From Atlanticothrix silvestris CENA357 (lineage in GTDB: Bacteria; Cyanobacteriota; Cyanobacteriia; Cyanobacteriales; Nostocaceae), in contig NZ_JAECZB010000024.1 of NCBI RefSeq assembly GCF_016056295.1, positions 46,275 through 110,274 on the forward strand: a stretch of 64,000 nt of DNA, written 5' to 3'. The translations under genes were made by a program, and so were the position numbers. Below, piece after piece: positions 8,907-18,160 of this stretch. Each line of letters begins with the position of its first letter. Positions within the stretch are counted from its first letter, which is position 1. A model generated the notes under the pieces. The model made no database searches, was not told where the DNA came from, and worked only from the letters and a program-made list of their open reading frames with translations.

Positions 8907-10988
8907 CTACAATCCATTACCAATCAAAATAAAGGATGCCCAATAGTAAGGGTGAGCGAGGTTACTGCTGACCGCTGCCGAGATATCGGGATTTTTTGTC
9001 TGTGAGTCTCCAGTAATTAAAGCAATTTGGGCTTGCCGTAAAGCTTCGGTTTTGGTAAACTTCCCTGATGAGAGCGTGGTATAAAAAGCATTCATCAACG
9101 CCTGGGTTCCACCATCATCTACAGCCCACAAAGAGGCGATCGCAGCTCTTGCGCCAGTTTTTTGAATTTGGTAGCCAAAGCCCAAAATTTCTTCACCATT
9201 GCCCAGTTTGCCCCCCAAGCCAGTTTCGCAGGCACTCAAGACTACCAAGTCTACACGGGGGAGTGACCAAGTGGCAATATCTGTAAGGTCAATGCGATCG
9301 CCATTGCCAAATAAAATAAACGAATCTTCTGGTTTTCCCACCACGAAAGCTGCATGAGTCGCTAAATGAACAATTGGATAATCATCCATTTGCGGTATAG
9401 TAACTTGGGGACTAAAAGCATCGTCTAAAAGTTTTTTTGTTTCGGGAACGATCGCGGCTAAACTTTCCACTTCTCGTGCTGCAAAGGGCAATCCAGAAAA
9501 GGCAACTTGTCGATTACCTAATGCAACTTCAAAATTACCTCTAGTAAAAGCACCAGCTAAAACTCGCAAAGTAGATGCTCGTGGGCTATTTAAGTTAGTT
9601 AGACTCGTAGCAGTAATGTGATTGACATTAAAGCGCTCTACTAGCCATTTTTTGCCATCGTATAGGGCTGCTAAAGGAATATAGCGTAACTGGTCATCTG
9701 GTGCATAAATCAGAGTTTGTGTCCCTGCTTGTTGCAAGTCATTTGCTATGGGTTTAATTAACCATGCATACAACTGACTGGCAGGGTTTTTAATATTCCG
9801 GCTGGGATTTGTTAAAGCTTCACGGAAGGTAGCAATAGTTTGGTTGAGTTGCTCACGCGTGACAGCAACCGGGCGATGAATTGGCGGGGAATCAGGAGTT
9901 ACCAGTACCAATTCTAAGCGATCTTCGAGAACTAATGGATAAAGAAGTGCAGATTTTTGAGGTAATCGCGCCAAATTATCGCGGATTTCGTTAATATTTT
10001 CTAAATCTAAATTTTGTCGTTTGGCTGTACGGCTAATTTGATCTATCTGTGCTGTAACTGCGGGACTAGTAATAAATTTGTTAAAGGCTTCTAGGAGTTG
10101 TTGCTGATTGGCTACCAGTTGAGTGATGCGTTGATTTTGTTGTGGCGATCGCTTCTGCGGAGGAATGTTACGTAATTTTGTCAGTTCTTTACCTAAGACA
10201 ACGGCATTATCCAGAGTTTGATCCAACTGTTGTTTAATTGGTTTTTCTATGGGCAATATATTAATGCCTTTAGCAGTCCGCTGATTACCAGGTACATTGT
10301 GGAGATAGTCCTCAAGTTCTTCAACTTTGAGTAAATCTATAGTCCGTTGCGCCTCTGCAACACGTCCTAGTTTAAGCAAGCGTTCACCCAAAATGCGATA
10401 TGTCTGGGCAACAGTTATGCTGTAAGCATCTGGTTGTGGTAAAGAAAATACTGATGGATTCAAGCGAACTTTTTCGCGGTTAATTAAGCAATGCTTGTAA
10501 AAGAAAACTGCTAACTCTGGTTTATTTTGGATATCAAATAAGTAAGCTATATTACTATAGGTTTTACCCAAGTCGGTGTAAGCCTGCCCAGGTGTACTTT
10601 CTTTAACACTAAGTTCTTTATTAATGCGTAAAGCTGTGAGATAAAAGCTGAGTGCTTGGGAATACTTCCCGTGATTTTGATACACTCTACCTAAATTATT
10701 CAGGGTGACAGCTTCCCAGGAAGAGTCTGCAACTTCTTTGCTAATGACTAATGCTTTCTGTAATCTCTGCAATGCTGCTGAAAACCTACCTTGCACAGAT
10801 TCTGCGATCGCTTCTGCGTTTAGCCGCCTAATTTCTGATTGTTGAGTATTCTGTGGTTGTTGTGCATGGTTGTGTTGTTCTTTAGTATTTAAATTTACTA
10901 AATTACTTTTGGGATATGCGATCGCAGCACTGAAGAAAAACAGTACATTTATTGCAAAAATACTACAATATCGAAGATGAGGGTACAT
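8907..10988 (-). CDS. Secreted TPR-repeat + CHAT-domain (caspase-like) protease
   Basis: C-terminal CHAT catalytic dyad context HLATHA (His) ... LSACETG (Cys). N-terminal half has TPR-like repeats (ALSFYLTALRINKEL, AVFFYKHCL). The ORF is listed to 11072, but the Met at 10988 (MYPHLRYCSIFAINVLFFFSAAIAYP) gives a signal peptide and removes the overlap with the divergent neighbour. Confidence 0.8.
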   Translation of the reverse strand: MYPHLRYCSIFAINVLFFFSAAIAYPKSNLVNLNTKEQHNHAQQPQNTQQSEIRRLNAEAIAESVQGRFSAALQRLQKALVISKEVADSSWEAVTLNNLGRVYQNHGKYSQALSFYLTALRINKELSVKESTPGQAYTDLGKTYSNIAYLFDIQNKPELAVFFYKHCLINREKVRLNPSVFSLPQPDAYSITVAQTYRILGERLLKLGRVAEAQRTIDLLKVEELEDYLHNVPGNQRTAKGINILPIEKPIKQQLDQTLDNAVVLGKELTKLRNIPPQKRSPQQNQRITQLVANQQQLLEAFNKFITSPAVTAQIDQISRTAKRQNLDLENINEIRDNLARLPQKSALLYPLVLEDRLELVLVTPDSPPIHRPVAVTREQLNQTIATFREALTNPSRNIKNPASQLYAWLIKPIANDLQQAGTQTLIYAPDDQLRYIPLAALYDGKKWLVERFNVNHITATSLTNLNSPRASTLRVLAGAFTRGNFEVALGNRQVAFSGLPFAAREVESLAAIVPETKKLLDDAFSPQVTIPQMDDYPIVHLATHAAFVVGKPEDSFILFGNGDRIDLTDIATWSLPRVDLVVLSACETGLGGKLGNGEEILGFGYQIQKTGARAAIASLWAVDDGGTQALMNAFYTTLSSGKFTKTEALRQAQIALITGDSQTKNPDISAAVSSNLAHPYYWASFILIGNGL

Positions 10989-11097
10989 AAAAAACCCCTC
11001 GTGTTTGCGAGAGTTCAATACTAATGGAGTAGATTTTACAGCGCAACTCTTTTTTATGCTAATCCAGATCAAGAAAGTTTATAGTTGCTAAAAAAAT

Positions 11098-11595
11098 TTG
11101 AAGATGTTTGAAGAACAAGCAAAACTACCACCAACTAACGCCCTTGATATTCCATCAAATCGGAACTTTGACAGTTGGTTTGAATATCCTGTGAGAGTGC
11201 AACCTCATCATACTGATTATGCAGGTATTGTCTGGCATGGTACTTATTTAACTTGGTTAGAAGAAGCACGCATAGAATGTTTGCGCTCAATAGGTATTGA
11301 GTTTGCTGATTTAGTAACTTTAGGCTGTGATTTACCAGTTGTAGAACTTTCTGTGCGTTATCACCGTTCTATTCAGCTAGGAATGGCAGTAGTAGTAAAA
11401 ACCCGCATGACTGAGGTTACAGGTGTGCGTATTAACTGGGATTATGCGATCGTCTCAACCGATGGACAGCAATTATATGTTACTGCCAAGGTGGCATTAG
11501 TAGCATTAGATCGCGAAAGAGGCAAAATTATGCGTCAGCTACCTCCCAGTGTCAAAGATGCACTAGCGAAGATTTCTTCATTACACAATAATTGA
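11098..11595 (+). CDS. Hotdog-fold acyl-CoA thioesterase (YbgC/4HBT family; possibly DHNA-CoA thioesterase-like)
   Basis: HHTDYAGIVWHGTYLTWLEEAR segment is typical of 4HBT thioesterases. Length about 150 aa. Confidence 0.7.
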   Translation: MKMFEEQAKLPPTNALDIPSNRNFDSWFEYPVRVQPHHTDYAGIVWHGTYLTWLEEARIECLRSIGIEFADLVTLGCDLPVVELSVRYHRSIQLGMAVVVKTRMTEVTGVRINWDYAIVSTDGQQLYVTAKVALVALDRERGKIMRQLPPSVKDALAKISSLHNN

Positions 11596-11712
11596 TTAAA
11601 GAAGCTTCAGATTTAAGTTTTTTGCTCTGCGTCTCTGTGTTTAAAGAAATACTTTTTAAACGCAGAGGCAAAGCAGCGCAGTCTTCTCCCAAATTGATAA
11701 ATAAATTTTCTG

Positions 11713-11737
11713 TAGAGACGGCGATTTATCGCGTCTC
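11713..11737. repeat. Palindromic repeat GTAGAGACGGCGAT-TTATC-GCGTCTC (family member 1 of 3)
   Basis: Perfect 7-10 bp stem GAGACGC / GCGTCTC. The same motif recurs at 25155 and 58453. A second hairpin, ctgcgtctctgtgtttaaag ... tttaaacgcagaggc, lies at 11630-11675. Confidence 0.7.
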
Positions 11738-11752
11738 ACCAACTAATCCTTT

Positions 11753-11959
11753 TTACTTAACGCTGCGTATCTGCGACAAGGTTTGAGCAAACTGCATTAT
11801 TTGATGCCAAATGTCATGCGGTGTAATACCAAAACCAATATTTAATAAAATTAAAATTGCGGCAATAGTTAGTGCATTGCTGACAGTTGTTTTTAGCAAC
11901 TTCCACAGCACTACAAATATGATCCAAGCAATAATCAGGGTAGGAATCATAAATACCAA
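11753..11959 (-). CDS. Possible small two-TM membrane protein
   Basis: 68-aa ORF with two hydrophobic helices (IPTLIIAWIIFVVLWKLL and ALTIAAILILLNIGFGI). Lies in a repeat-rich intergenic region, so it may be spurious. Confidence 0.25.
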   Translation of the reverse strand: MVFMIPTLIIAWIIFVVLWKLLKTTVSNALTIAAILILLNIGFGITPHDIWHQIMQFAQTLSQIRSVK

Positions 11960-12312
11960 TTCTTAAAGAATTGCCCTTATGTAAAAAGGTTTTTATTCAA
12001 AAAGGTAAATTTTTACGCATGTAACAATTACTGCTATGAAAGTAGTTTGACCCTAGTTATAATAGATACAATACTTTAAGGATTTAGTAGATTTTCTTAG
12101 TAATTGCTGCACATTCATAATACCATAAGTTGACACAAAAAATTGTCAATTATCAAACTTTTTTGGATAAGTTACTCAAAATATTTCTTTTTTTTGGAAC
12201 AGGAGTAGTGAGGGTGGTGTACTCAGAGAATATTTGTAAAGTCTTAGCCCAAAACTTTTAAAGTTTCTCTTTGCTCACCATCCTCAACAGTATTTTTCTG
12301 CTAATGAAATTC

Positions 12313-13509
12313 TTAGCGCACAGAAATTATTGGCGAGTGATCTGCTAACTTGTTAGTTGCAGTTAAAACTTCTTGTCTAGCCCATTTATCTGCTGCCAAA
12401 ATGTCATCTAAAGTGGGATTTGCACAATTATTATTTTGATGGCGATCGCACACCCATTCGATACATCGGGGAATATCTAAAAATTGAATTTTCTCTTCTA
12501 AAAATAAAGCTACAGCTTGTTCATTAGCGGCGTTTAACACAGCTGGCATCGAACCGCCAGCCTTACCCACGGCGTAAGCTAATTGCATACAAGGATACTT
12601 CTGGTGATCTGGTTCACGGAAGGTTAAATTACCTGCTTTTACTAAATCCAATCGTTCCCAGTCGGTGTAAATGCGCTCAGGCCAAGATAAGGCATAAAGC
12701 AAGGGTAAACGCATATCAGGCCAACCAAGTTGGGCTAAAACTGAAGTATCTTGTAACTCAATCAGAGAGTGAATAATGCTTTGGGGATGAATGACAATTT
12801 CGATATCGTCGTAATCCAACCCAAAGAGAAAGTGAGCTTCAATCACTTCTAGCCCTTTATTCATCAAAGTGGCAGAGTCTACGGTGATTTTACGCCCCAT
12901 CGACCAATTAGGATGCTTGAGGGCATCGGCAACTGTCACTTGTGCTAACTTTTCTACATCCCAATCGCGGAAAGCCCCACCAGAGGCAGTGAGCAAAATC
13001 CGCCGTAAGCCACCTGGAGGCACACCTTGGAGGCACTGAAATATTGCCGAATGTTCGGAATCTGCTGGTAAAAGTTTTACCCCGTGTTTCTCTACTAGAG
13101 GTAGAACTACAGGGCCGCCAGCAATGAGAGTTTCTTTGTTTGCAAGAGCAATATCTTTACCAGCTTCAATAGCGGCGATGGTTGGGAGTAACCCAGCACA
13201 ACCAACTATACCTGTGACAACCGTTTCGGCATCGCCATAACGAGCGACTTCAACAACTCCAGCATCACCTGCTAGTAAAATCGGTTGGGGATCAAGATCT
13301 TTAATGGCTGCTTGGAGTGCTGGCAATTTTTCTTCCGAGCAAATCGCTGCTATACTCGGTCGAAATTGTCGAATTTGAGCAGCCAACATTTCCACATTAT
13401 TTCCAGCTGCCAATCCCACAATCCGAAATTGATCTGGGTACTGAGTCACAATATCTAAAGTCTGAGTACCGATTGAGCCAGTGGAACCAACAAGAGTAAT
13501 CGCTTTCAC
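12313..13509 (-). CDS. dxr: 1-deoxy-D-xylulose 5-phosphate reductoisomerase
   Basis: N-terminus [21 protein letters not shown] (NADPH-binding GSTGSIG motif). Length of 398 aa fits. Conserved LANKE and NKGLE-type segments. Confidence 0.93.
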   Translation of the reverse strand: MKAITLVGSTGSIGTQTLDIVTQYPDQFRIVGLAAGNNVEMLAAQIRQFRPSIAAICSEEKLPALQAAIKDLDPQPILLAGDAGVVEVARYGDAETVVTGIVGCAGLLPTIAAIEAGKDIALANKETLIAGGPVVLPLVEKHGVKLLPADSEHSAIFQCLQGVPPGGLRRILLTASGGAFRDWDVEKLAQVTVADALKHPNWSMGRKITVDSATLMNKGLEVIEAHFLFGLDYDDIEIVIHPQSIIHSLIELQDTSVLAQLGWPDMRLPLLYALSWPERIYTDWERLDLVKAGNLTFREPDHQKYPCMQLAYAVGKAGGSMPAVLNAANEQAVALFLEEKIQFLDIPRCIEWVCDRHQNNNCANPTLDDILAADKWARQEVLTATNKLADHSPIISVR

Positions 13510-13627
13510 AATTGCTTAAGGATTTACAGACAACTCCCACTATAAATTGCTGGGACTCCTTCGGGATCAAAAATTTAGTTAAGTGATCAAGTAAACATAA
13601 AAACTCTATCCACAAGGGGATAAAGTT

Positions 13628-13676
13628 TTGTCAGTGGTCAGTGGTCAGTAGCTAAAAACAACTGACAACTGACCCG
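13628..13676. repeat. STRR inverted heptamer module (GTCAGTG x3 / CAACTGA x2)
   Basis: gtcagtggtcagtggtcagtagctaaaaacaactgacaactgac. Confidence 0.8.
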
Positions 13677-13708
13677 CATAACATCAATCTTTTTAAACAT
13701 CAAAGCTT

Positions 13709-14983
13709 ATGGTTCAAGTTCAATTAATGATCAAAAAAGTTTTATGGAAAAATGATTTAGTCTTTCCCGTTGTGATGTGGCTGGCCAGCCGAATGTTTAT
13801 ATGGACTGCGATGTTGCTGGTTGCTCCCTTGCTACCGACATCACCGGAGAGAATTGCGCCGACATTTGGCTGGGGAGTTTTTGATGCTTGGGATACTATA
13901 CATTACCGAGCGATCGCAACTTCCGGTTATGAGTTCGTCAACGACGGCAAGGGACATAATATTGCGTTTTTTCCTCTGTTTCCCCTTTTGATTCGGGGAC
14001 TGATGAATCTGGGCTTGTCGTTTGAAGTGGCTGGCATATTGATAAATAACCTAGCGTTTTTATTAACACTTTACTTTTTATACTTTTGGGCTAAGAAATT
14101 TTATGGTAGTAGCGCCGCGCGTTGGTCTACTACAGTTCTTGCTTGGTGCCCCTTATCTTTATTTACAACTGTAATTTACACTGAAGGGCTATATTTATTA
14201 CTCAGTACAGCAGCTTTGCAAGCCTTTGATCAACAGCAATACCGCTGGACAGCCTTTTGGGGGGCAATGGCTACAGCTACACGTCCTACAGGCATAGCAC
14301 TGATCCCAGCGTTAGCGATCGCAGCTTGGAAACAACGCAGACCTCCTATTGCCTACATTGCAGGTTTGTCCACTGCTATTGGCATACTTCTATTTAGCTT
14401 ATATTGTGCGATTAATTTTGGTGATCCTTTAGCATTTATCACAGCCCAAAAGGGTTGGCGACCTTCTTTAGGATTTGATTGGCAAGGTTGGTGGAAAATG
14501 CTAATGCAAATTACAGTTGGCACAACCAATTGGAAATATGGCTCTATTAAAGACCCTTTACCTCCTCTATTGTTTGGCGTGATTGTAGTCGGCGCTTATA
14601 TGTTGTGGCGTTACCGTCAAAAATTGGGCGCTATCAAAGTAGACTATGGCTTTGCCGTTTTAATTTTATTGTGGTGGATATTAGGGGGCGATCCATTGAT
14701 TAATATGGCCGCAGTTTTAGGTGGTGCTTACTTGTTATGGCACTTACGCACAGAATTAACCCCTGTTACTTTGATCTACGGCTGCTGCGGTTTAGGGTTA
14801 ATTTTCGCCTCTGGCGGAACCTGGTCATTAAGTCGCCTTGCTTACGGCATTGTCTCATTAAGTGTAGCCTTGGGCGTGTTGTTATCTCGTCATCCTCGCT
14901 GGGGATACCTGACGCTGTTTTTCTTTATGATCTTACTTGCCACCTTCTCTATTCGATTTGCTCAAGACCTCTGGGTAGGATGA
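13709..14983 (+). CDS. GT-C-fold integral-membrane glycosyltransferase, PIG-V/Mannosyl_trans2-like (paralog A)
   Basis: Multi-TM 424-aa protein. Its first loop has WDTIHYRAIATSGYEF...NIAFFPLFPLLIR, resembling the FFPL(Y/F)P motif of the GPI-mannosyltransferase-2-like family. Paralogous to 18161..19420. Confidence 0.55.
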   Translation: MVQVQLMIKKVLWKNDLVFPVVMWLASRMFIWTAMLLVAPLLPTSPERIAPTFGWGVFDAWDTIHYRAIATSGYEFVNDGKGHNIAFFPLFPLLIRGLMNLGLSFEVAGILINNLAFLLTLYFLYFWAKKFYGSSAARWSTTVLAWCPLSLFTTVIYTEGLYLLLSTAALQAFDQQQYRWTAFWGAMATATRPTGIALIPALAIAAWKQRRPPIAYIAGLSTAIGILLFSLYCAINFGDPLAFITAQKGWRPSLGFDWQGWWKMLMQITVGTTNWKYGSIKDPLPPLLFGVIVVGAYMLWRYRQKLGAIKVDYGFAVLILLWWILGGDPLINMAAVLGGAYLLWHLRTELTPVTLIYGCCGLGLIFASGGTWSLSRLAYGIVSLSVALGVLLSRHPRWGYLTLFFFMILLATFSIRFAQDLWVG

Positions 14984-14990
14984 CTGAAGA

Positions 14991-15146
14991 GGCAAGGGAG
15001 CAGGAGAGAAGTGCGGTCTTGGGGTTTCCCCAAGTAGAGCAACTTCGGAGAGCAGGGAGCAGAGGGAAAGAATTCAGCCACTCGCCTGCACGGGGATACA
15101 AAGCAACTACATTTTCTCCCCTGCCTCCTGCCTCCTACCTTCTTAC
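14991..15146. repeat. STRR inverted module (GCAGGGA / GGGAGCA heptamers, then CCTGCCT complement heptamers)
   Basis: ggcaagggagcaggagagaag ... gagagcagggagcagagggaaag ... ctgcctcctgcctcctacc. Confidence 0.7.
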
Positions 15147-15184
15147 ACTAGGTATGAGAAGATAAGTAGAATTAATAATCAGCC

Positions 15185-16600
15185 TTGCAATTGAGTGTGA
15201 GAAAACCATTTTTCAAGCTTGGCGCTGTCCCTTGGATGATTAGCATCAGCGCCTTAATTTTGTTTGGATGCAGTAGTTTAAGACATACGTTGTTTCAGTC
15301 GGGAGTTTTCGATCTGGGAATATACGATCAGGTCGTTTACTTAATGAGTCAAGGACAATCGCCAATCTCCTCTTTTTTAGGCTTTCATCACATGGGCAAC
15401 CATGCAGCCTGGGCAGTTTATCCGTTGGCTTTACTGTACAAAATTTATCCCAGCCCTTACTGGTTATTAGCTGTGCAAGCAGTAGCATTAACTTTGGGTG
15501 CTTTGCCTACTTGGTATCTTGCCCGTCAAGCAGGGTTAAAGGAAAGTCAAGCAGTCACAACGTCAGCAGTTTACCTGCTGTATCCCCTAATTTTTAATGT
15601 TAATTTGTTTGAATTTCACCCGGAAGTGATGGCTGTCCCGGTATTGCTGGGGGTAGTTTTAGCGGCACGACTAGGTAAAGTAGGGTGGTTTTGTTTAGGC
15701 ACTATTTTTATTTTGGGCTGTAAAGCTGCTTTATCGCTGACAGTAGCGGCTATGGGTTTTTGGCTGCTGGTGTTTGAAAAACGGCGTGTGTGTGGTGCGA
15801 TCGCCCTAATTGCTGGTATCACCTGGTTTTTGATTGCTAGTCAGGTAATTATTCCCTTGTTTAGCAATGATGAAGTAGCAGCAGTATCACGTTACAGCTA
15901 TCTAGGTGATTCAGTTTTAGAGATTGCCAAAAATTTGTTATTAAAACCCCAGTTGGTATTGGGCAGGATATTTTCGCTAGATACTCTAGGATATCTGGCA
16001 CTATTAATTGCACCTCTAATTTGGGGACTCGCCCCAAGACAGCTAACTCCTTTAGTGAGTGCGATTCCTGCTTTGGCGTTGAATATTCTTTCTGACAAGC
16101 AGGCACAAAGAGATTTAATCCACCAATATTCTTTACCAATTTTGCCTTTTTTGATCCTAGCTGTCATTGCCAGCCTGAGTGCTGGTAAAGGATGGTTCAA
16201 AAATAGGCGCACAATTATTTTATGGGCTTTGCTGGCTTTTATGGTGTTAGGAAAATATAGCTATTTTTGGTCACGATACTTGAGATCAATAGATACTTGG
16301 CAAGCAACACGTCAAGCGATCGCTCAAATTCAGACCAAAGGTGCTGTTTTAACTACTCACAGCATTGCCCCGCATTTAACCCACCGACCTTTTGTTCAAT
16401 TCACAGACGATTTGAGTGGTTCACCACCTGACTTCAAACAATTTGAGTACATCTTACTAAATACCCGTCACCCAGATGGTACTCGTAATCCTGAGTTTGC
16501 TAACAAATTAGTTAATCAATTGAAAAATAACGATTATTTTAAAATGACTTATCAACATGATGACGTTTATTTATTTGTGAATAATTCTTCAATAAAATAA
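15185..16600 (+). CDS. Polytopic membrane protein, DUF2079-like (GT-C-like topology), in glycosyltransferase cluster
   Basis: 471 aa with more than 9 predicted TM helices in the N-terminal two thirds and a soluble C-terminal domain. Sits between GT-C genes. Confidence 0.45.
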   Translation: MQLSVRKPFFKLGAVPWMISISALILFGCSSLRHTLFQSGVFDLGIYDQVVYLMSQGQSPISSFLGFHHMGNHAAWAVYPLALLYKIYPSPYWLLAVQAVALTLGALPTWYLARQAGLKESQAVTTSAVYLLYPLIFNVNLFEFHPEVMAVPVLLGVVLAARLGKVGWFCLGTIFILGCKAALSLTVAAMGFWLLVFEKRRVCGAIALIAGITWFLIASQVIIPLFSNDEVAAVSRYSYLGDSVLEIAKNLLLKPQLVLGRIFSLDTLGYLALLIAPLIWGLAPRQLTPLVSAIPALALNILSDKQAQRDLIHQYSLPILPFLILAVIASLSAGKGWFKNRRTIILWALLAFMVLGKYSYFWSRYLRSIDTWQATRQAIAQIQTKGAVLTTHSIAPHLTHRPFVQFTDDLSGSPPDFKQFEYILLNTRHPDGTRNPEFANKLVNQLKNNDYFKMTYQHDDVYLFVNNSSIK

Positions 16601-16642
16601 CGTCTTTTTGGCTTTGTATCGTTCTCTAAGAGAGCAAAGATA

Positions 16643-18133
16643 TTGCATTTATTAATTAAAAATTTTATGCGGACAAGTAGATTAAAAAGTATTCTATTTC
16701 CCTTACTAACCATATTTATTTATGTTGGCTTTGTAGTTGCCATTAGATTTAAGCCAATTACCCAAAGCTTTGAATTAGACTATGATGAAGGACTGAACTT
16801 GATTAAAGCCCTTCTCTATTCTCAAGGGTTTTCTCTTTACACTCAAATTTGGAACGATCAACCACCAGCTTTTACTTTTATTTTATCGCACTATTTCAGT
16901 TTATTTGGGCAATCTATCTTAGCCGCACGCTTATTAACATTAATATTTTCAGCAATACTAATATACTGCTTTTACCAAATTGTTCGCCAAAACCTTGGAA
17001 CTATACCAGCTTTTATTGCTACATTGCTACTCTTCACTTCTTGGCTATTCATTAGGCTAAGTTTTTCGGTAATGATTGGTATTCCAGCACTATCATTAGC
17101 AATGTTGTCTCTTTATATTTTAACTTTATATAAACAAAAACCCCGTAATATTTTTATAATTTTATCTGGGATATTTTTAGCATTATCTATCCAAACAAAA
17201 CTATTTACTGTTTTTTTAATTCCTTTAATAGCTTTTAACTTGAGTGATTTTCTGATCCGTTCCCAGTCAATAAAAAAGCAACACCAGCACCTACTTTATC
17301 CTTTGACCTTGTGGCTAGGTACTCTGAGTATAATTTACCTATTAATTGGCTGGAAATTTCAACAGTTTTTTTATCATGAACAGACTTTTGAATCACATTT
17401 CAATCAGCCTATAGAAGCAGAACTAATAAACTTTAACAATTTTGCCTATTTAGGTGAAATGATTAAACAAGATTATGATTATATTTTTTTAGCATTCATC
17501 GGTATATTAGCGATTATTATCAAAAAACAACGAGATGGTATTTTCCCTTTAACTTGGTTAGGAACGGCCATACTAATTTTATTGAATCATAAACCTCTTT
17601 GGTATCACCATTATCCCTTATTAGCTATTCCTATATGTTGGTTAGCAGCTTATGCAGTAGCTTGGGTGCTTGATTCTTTTGCTCAAGGATGGCGATATAA
17701 TTTAAAGCCGTCAAACAAAAATAAGTCTATCTTTTTTTCTGTAGTAGGTGTGATTCTAATTTTTTTAATAATCGTAACTCCTCCAAATCCCAAAGGAAGT
17801 CCACCTAAAAATTTGCAATTGATGCAGTTGGTATTAGAAAATAAAAGTTCTACCCGTTGGTTATTTACAGATCGTCCCATTTATGGATTTTATGCTAATT
17901 TATCTATACCTCCAGAAATGGCAATAATGTCATATAAAAGACTTAATTCAGGGGATTTAACTTTTAAACAATTACTGACTATTTTACAAAAATATCAACC
18001 AGAACAAATCGTCCTTGCTAGATGGCTAAGTCAAATTAAAAGCGATAATAACATCATGGCTTATATTAATGAGAACTATACTAAAACTTATACAGATAAA
18101 ACAGGCACAGCAGAACATTATCTAATAAAATAA
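16643..18133 (+). CDS. GT-C glycosyltransferase family 39/83-like (PMT_2/ArnT-like); AT-rich gene
   Basis: First extracytoplasmic loop has ELDYDEGLNLIKAL (DE motif of the PMT/ArnT family). About 12 TM helices. Codon composition is much more AT-rich than the neighbours. Confidence 0.6.
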   Translation: MHLLIKNFMRTSRLKSILFPLLTIFIYVGFVVAIRFKPITQSFELDYDEGLNLIKALLYSQGFSLYTQIWNDQPPAFTFILSHYFSLFGQSILAARLLTLIFSAILIYCFYQIVRQNLGTIPAFIATLLLFTSWLFIRLSFSVMIGIPALSLAMLSLYILTLYKQKPRNIFIILSGIFLALSIQTKLFTVFLIPLIAFNLSDFLIRSQSIKKQHQHLLYPLTLWLGTLSIIYLLIGWKFQQFFYHEQTFESHFNQPIEAELINFNNFAYLGEMIKQDYDYIFLAFIGILAIIIKKQRDGIFPLTWLGTAILILLNHKPLWYHHYPLLAIPICWLAAYAVAWVLDSFAQGWRYNLKPSNKNKSIFFSVVGVILIFLIIVTPPNPKGSPPKNLQLMQLVLENKSSTRWLFTDRPIYGFYANLSIPPEMAIMSYKRLNSGDLTFKQLLTILQKYQPEQIVLARWLSQIKSDNNIMAYINENYTKTYTDKTGTAEHYLIK

Positions 18134-18160
18134 GTACTTAAATTTATGTGAGATTTTTAG

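Noticed and set aside
11592-11786. 64-aa ORF downstream of the thioesterase
   Set aside because: Spans the palindromic GTAGAGACG...CGTCTC repeat and a second hairpin. The encoded VETAIYRV peptide recurs wherever the repeat occurs, so it is a repeat artefact.
14737-15165. 142-aa ORF overlapping the 3' end of the PIG-V-like gene and the STRR array
   Set aside because: Its C-terminal half is a translation of the GCAGGGA heptamer repeat. It is an artefact of the open frame across the repeat.
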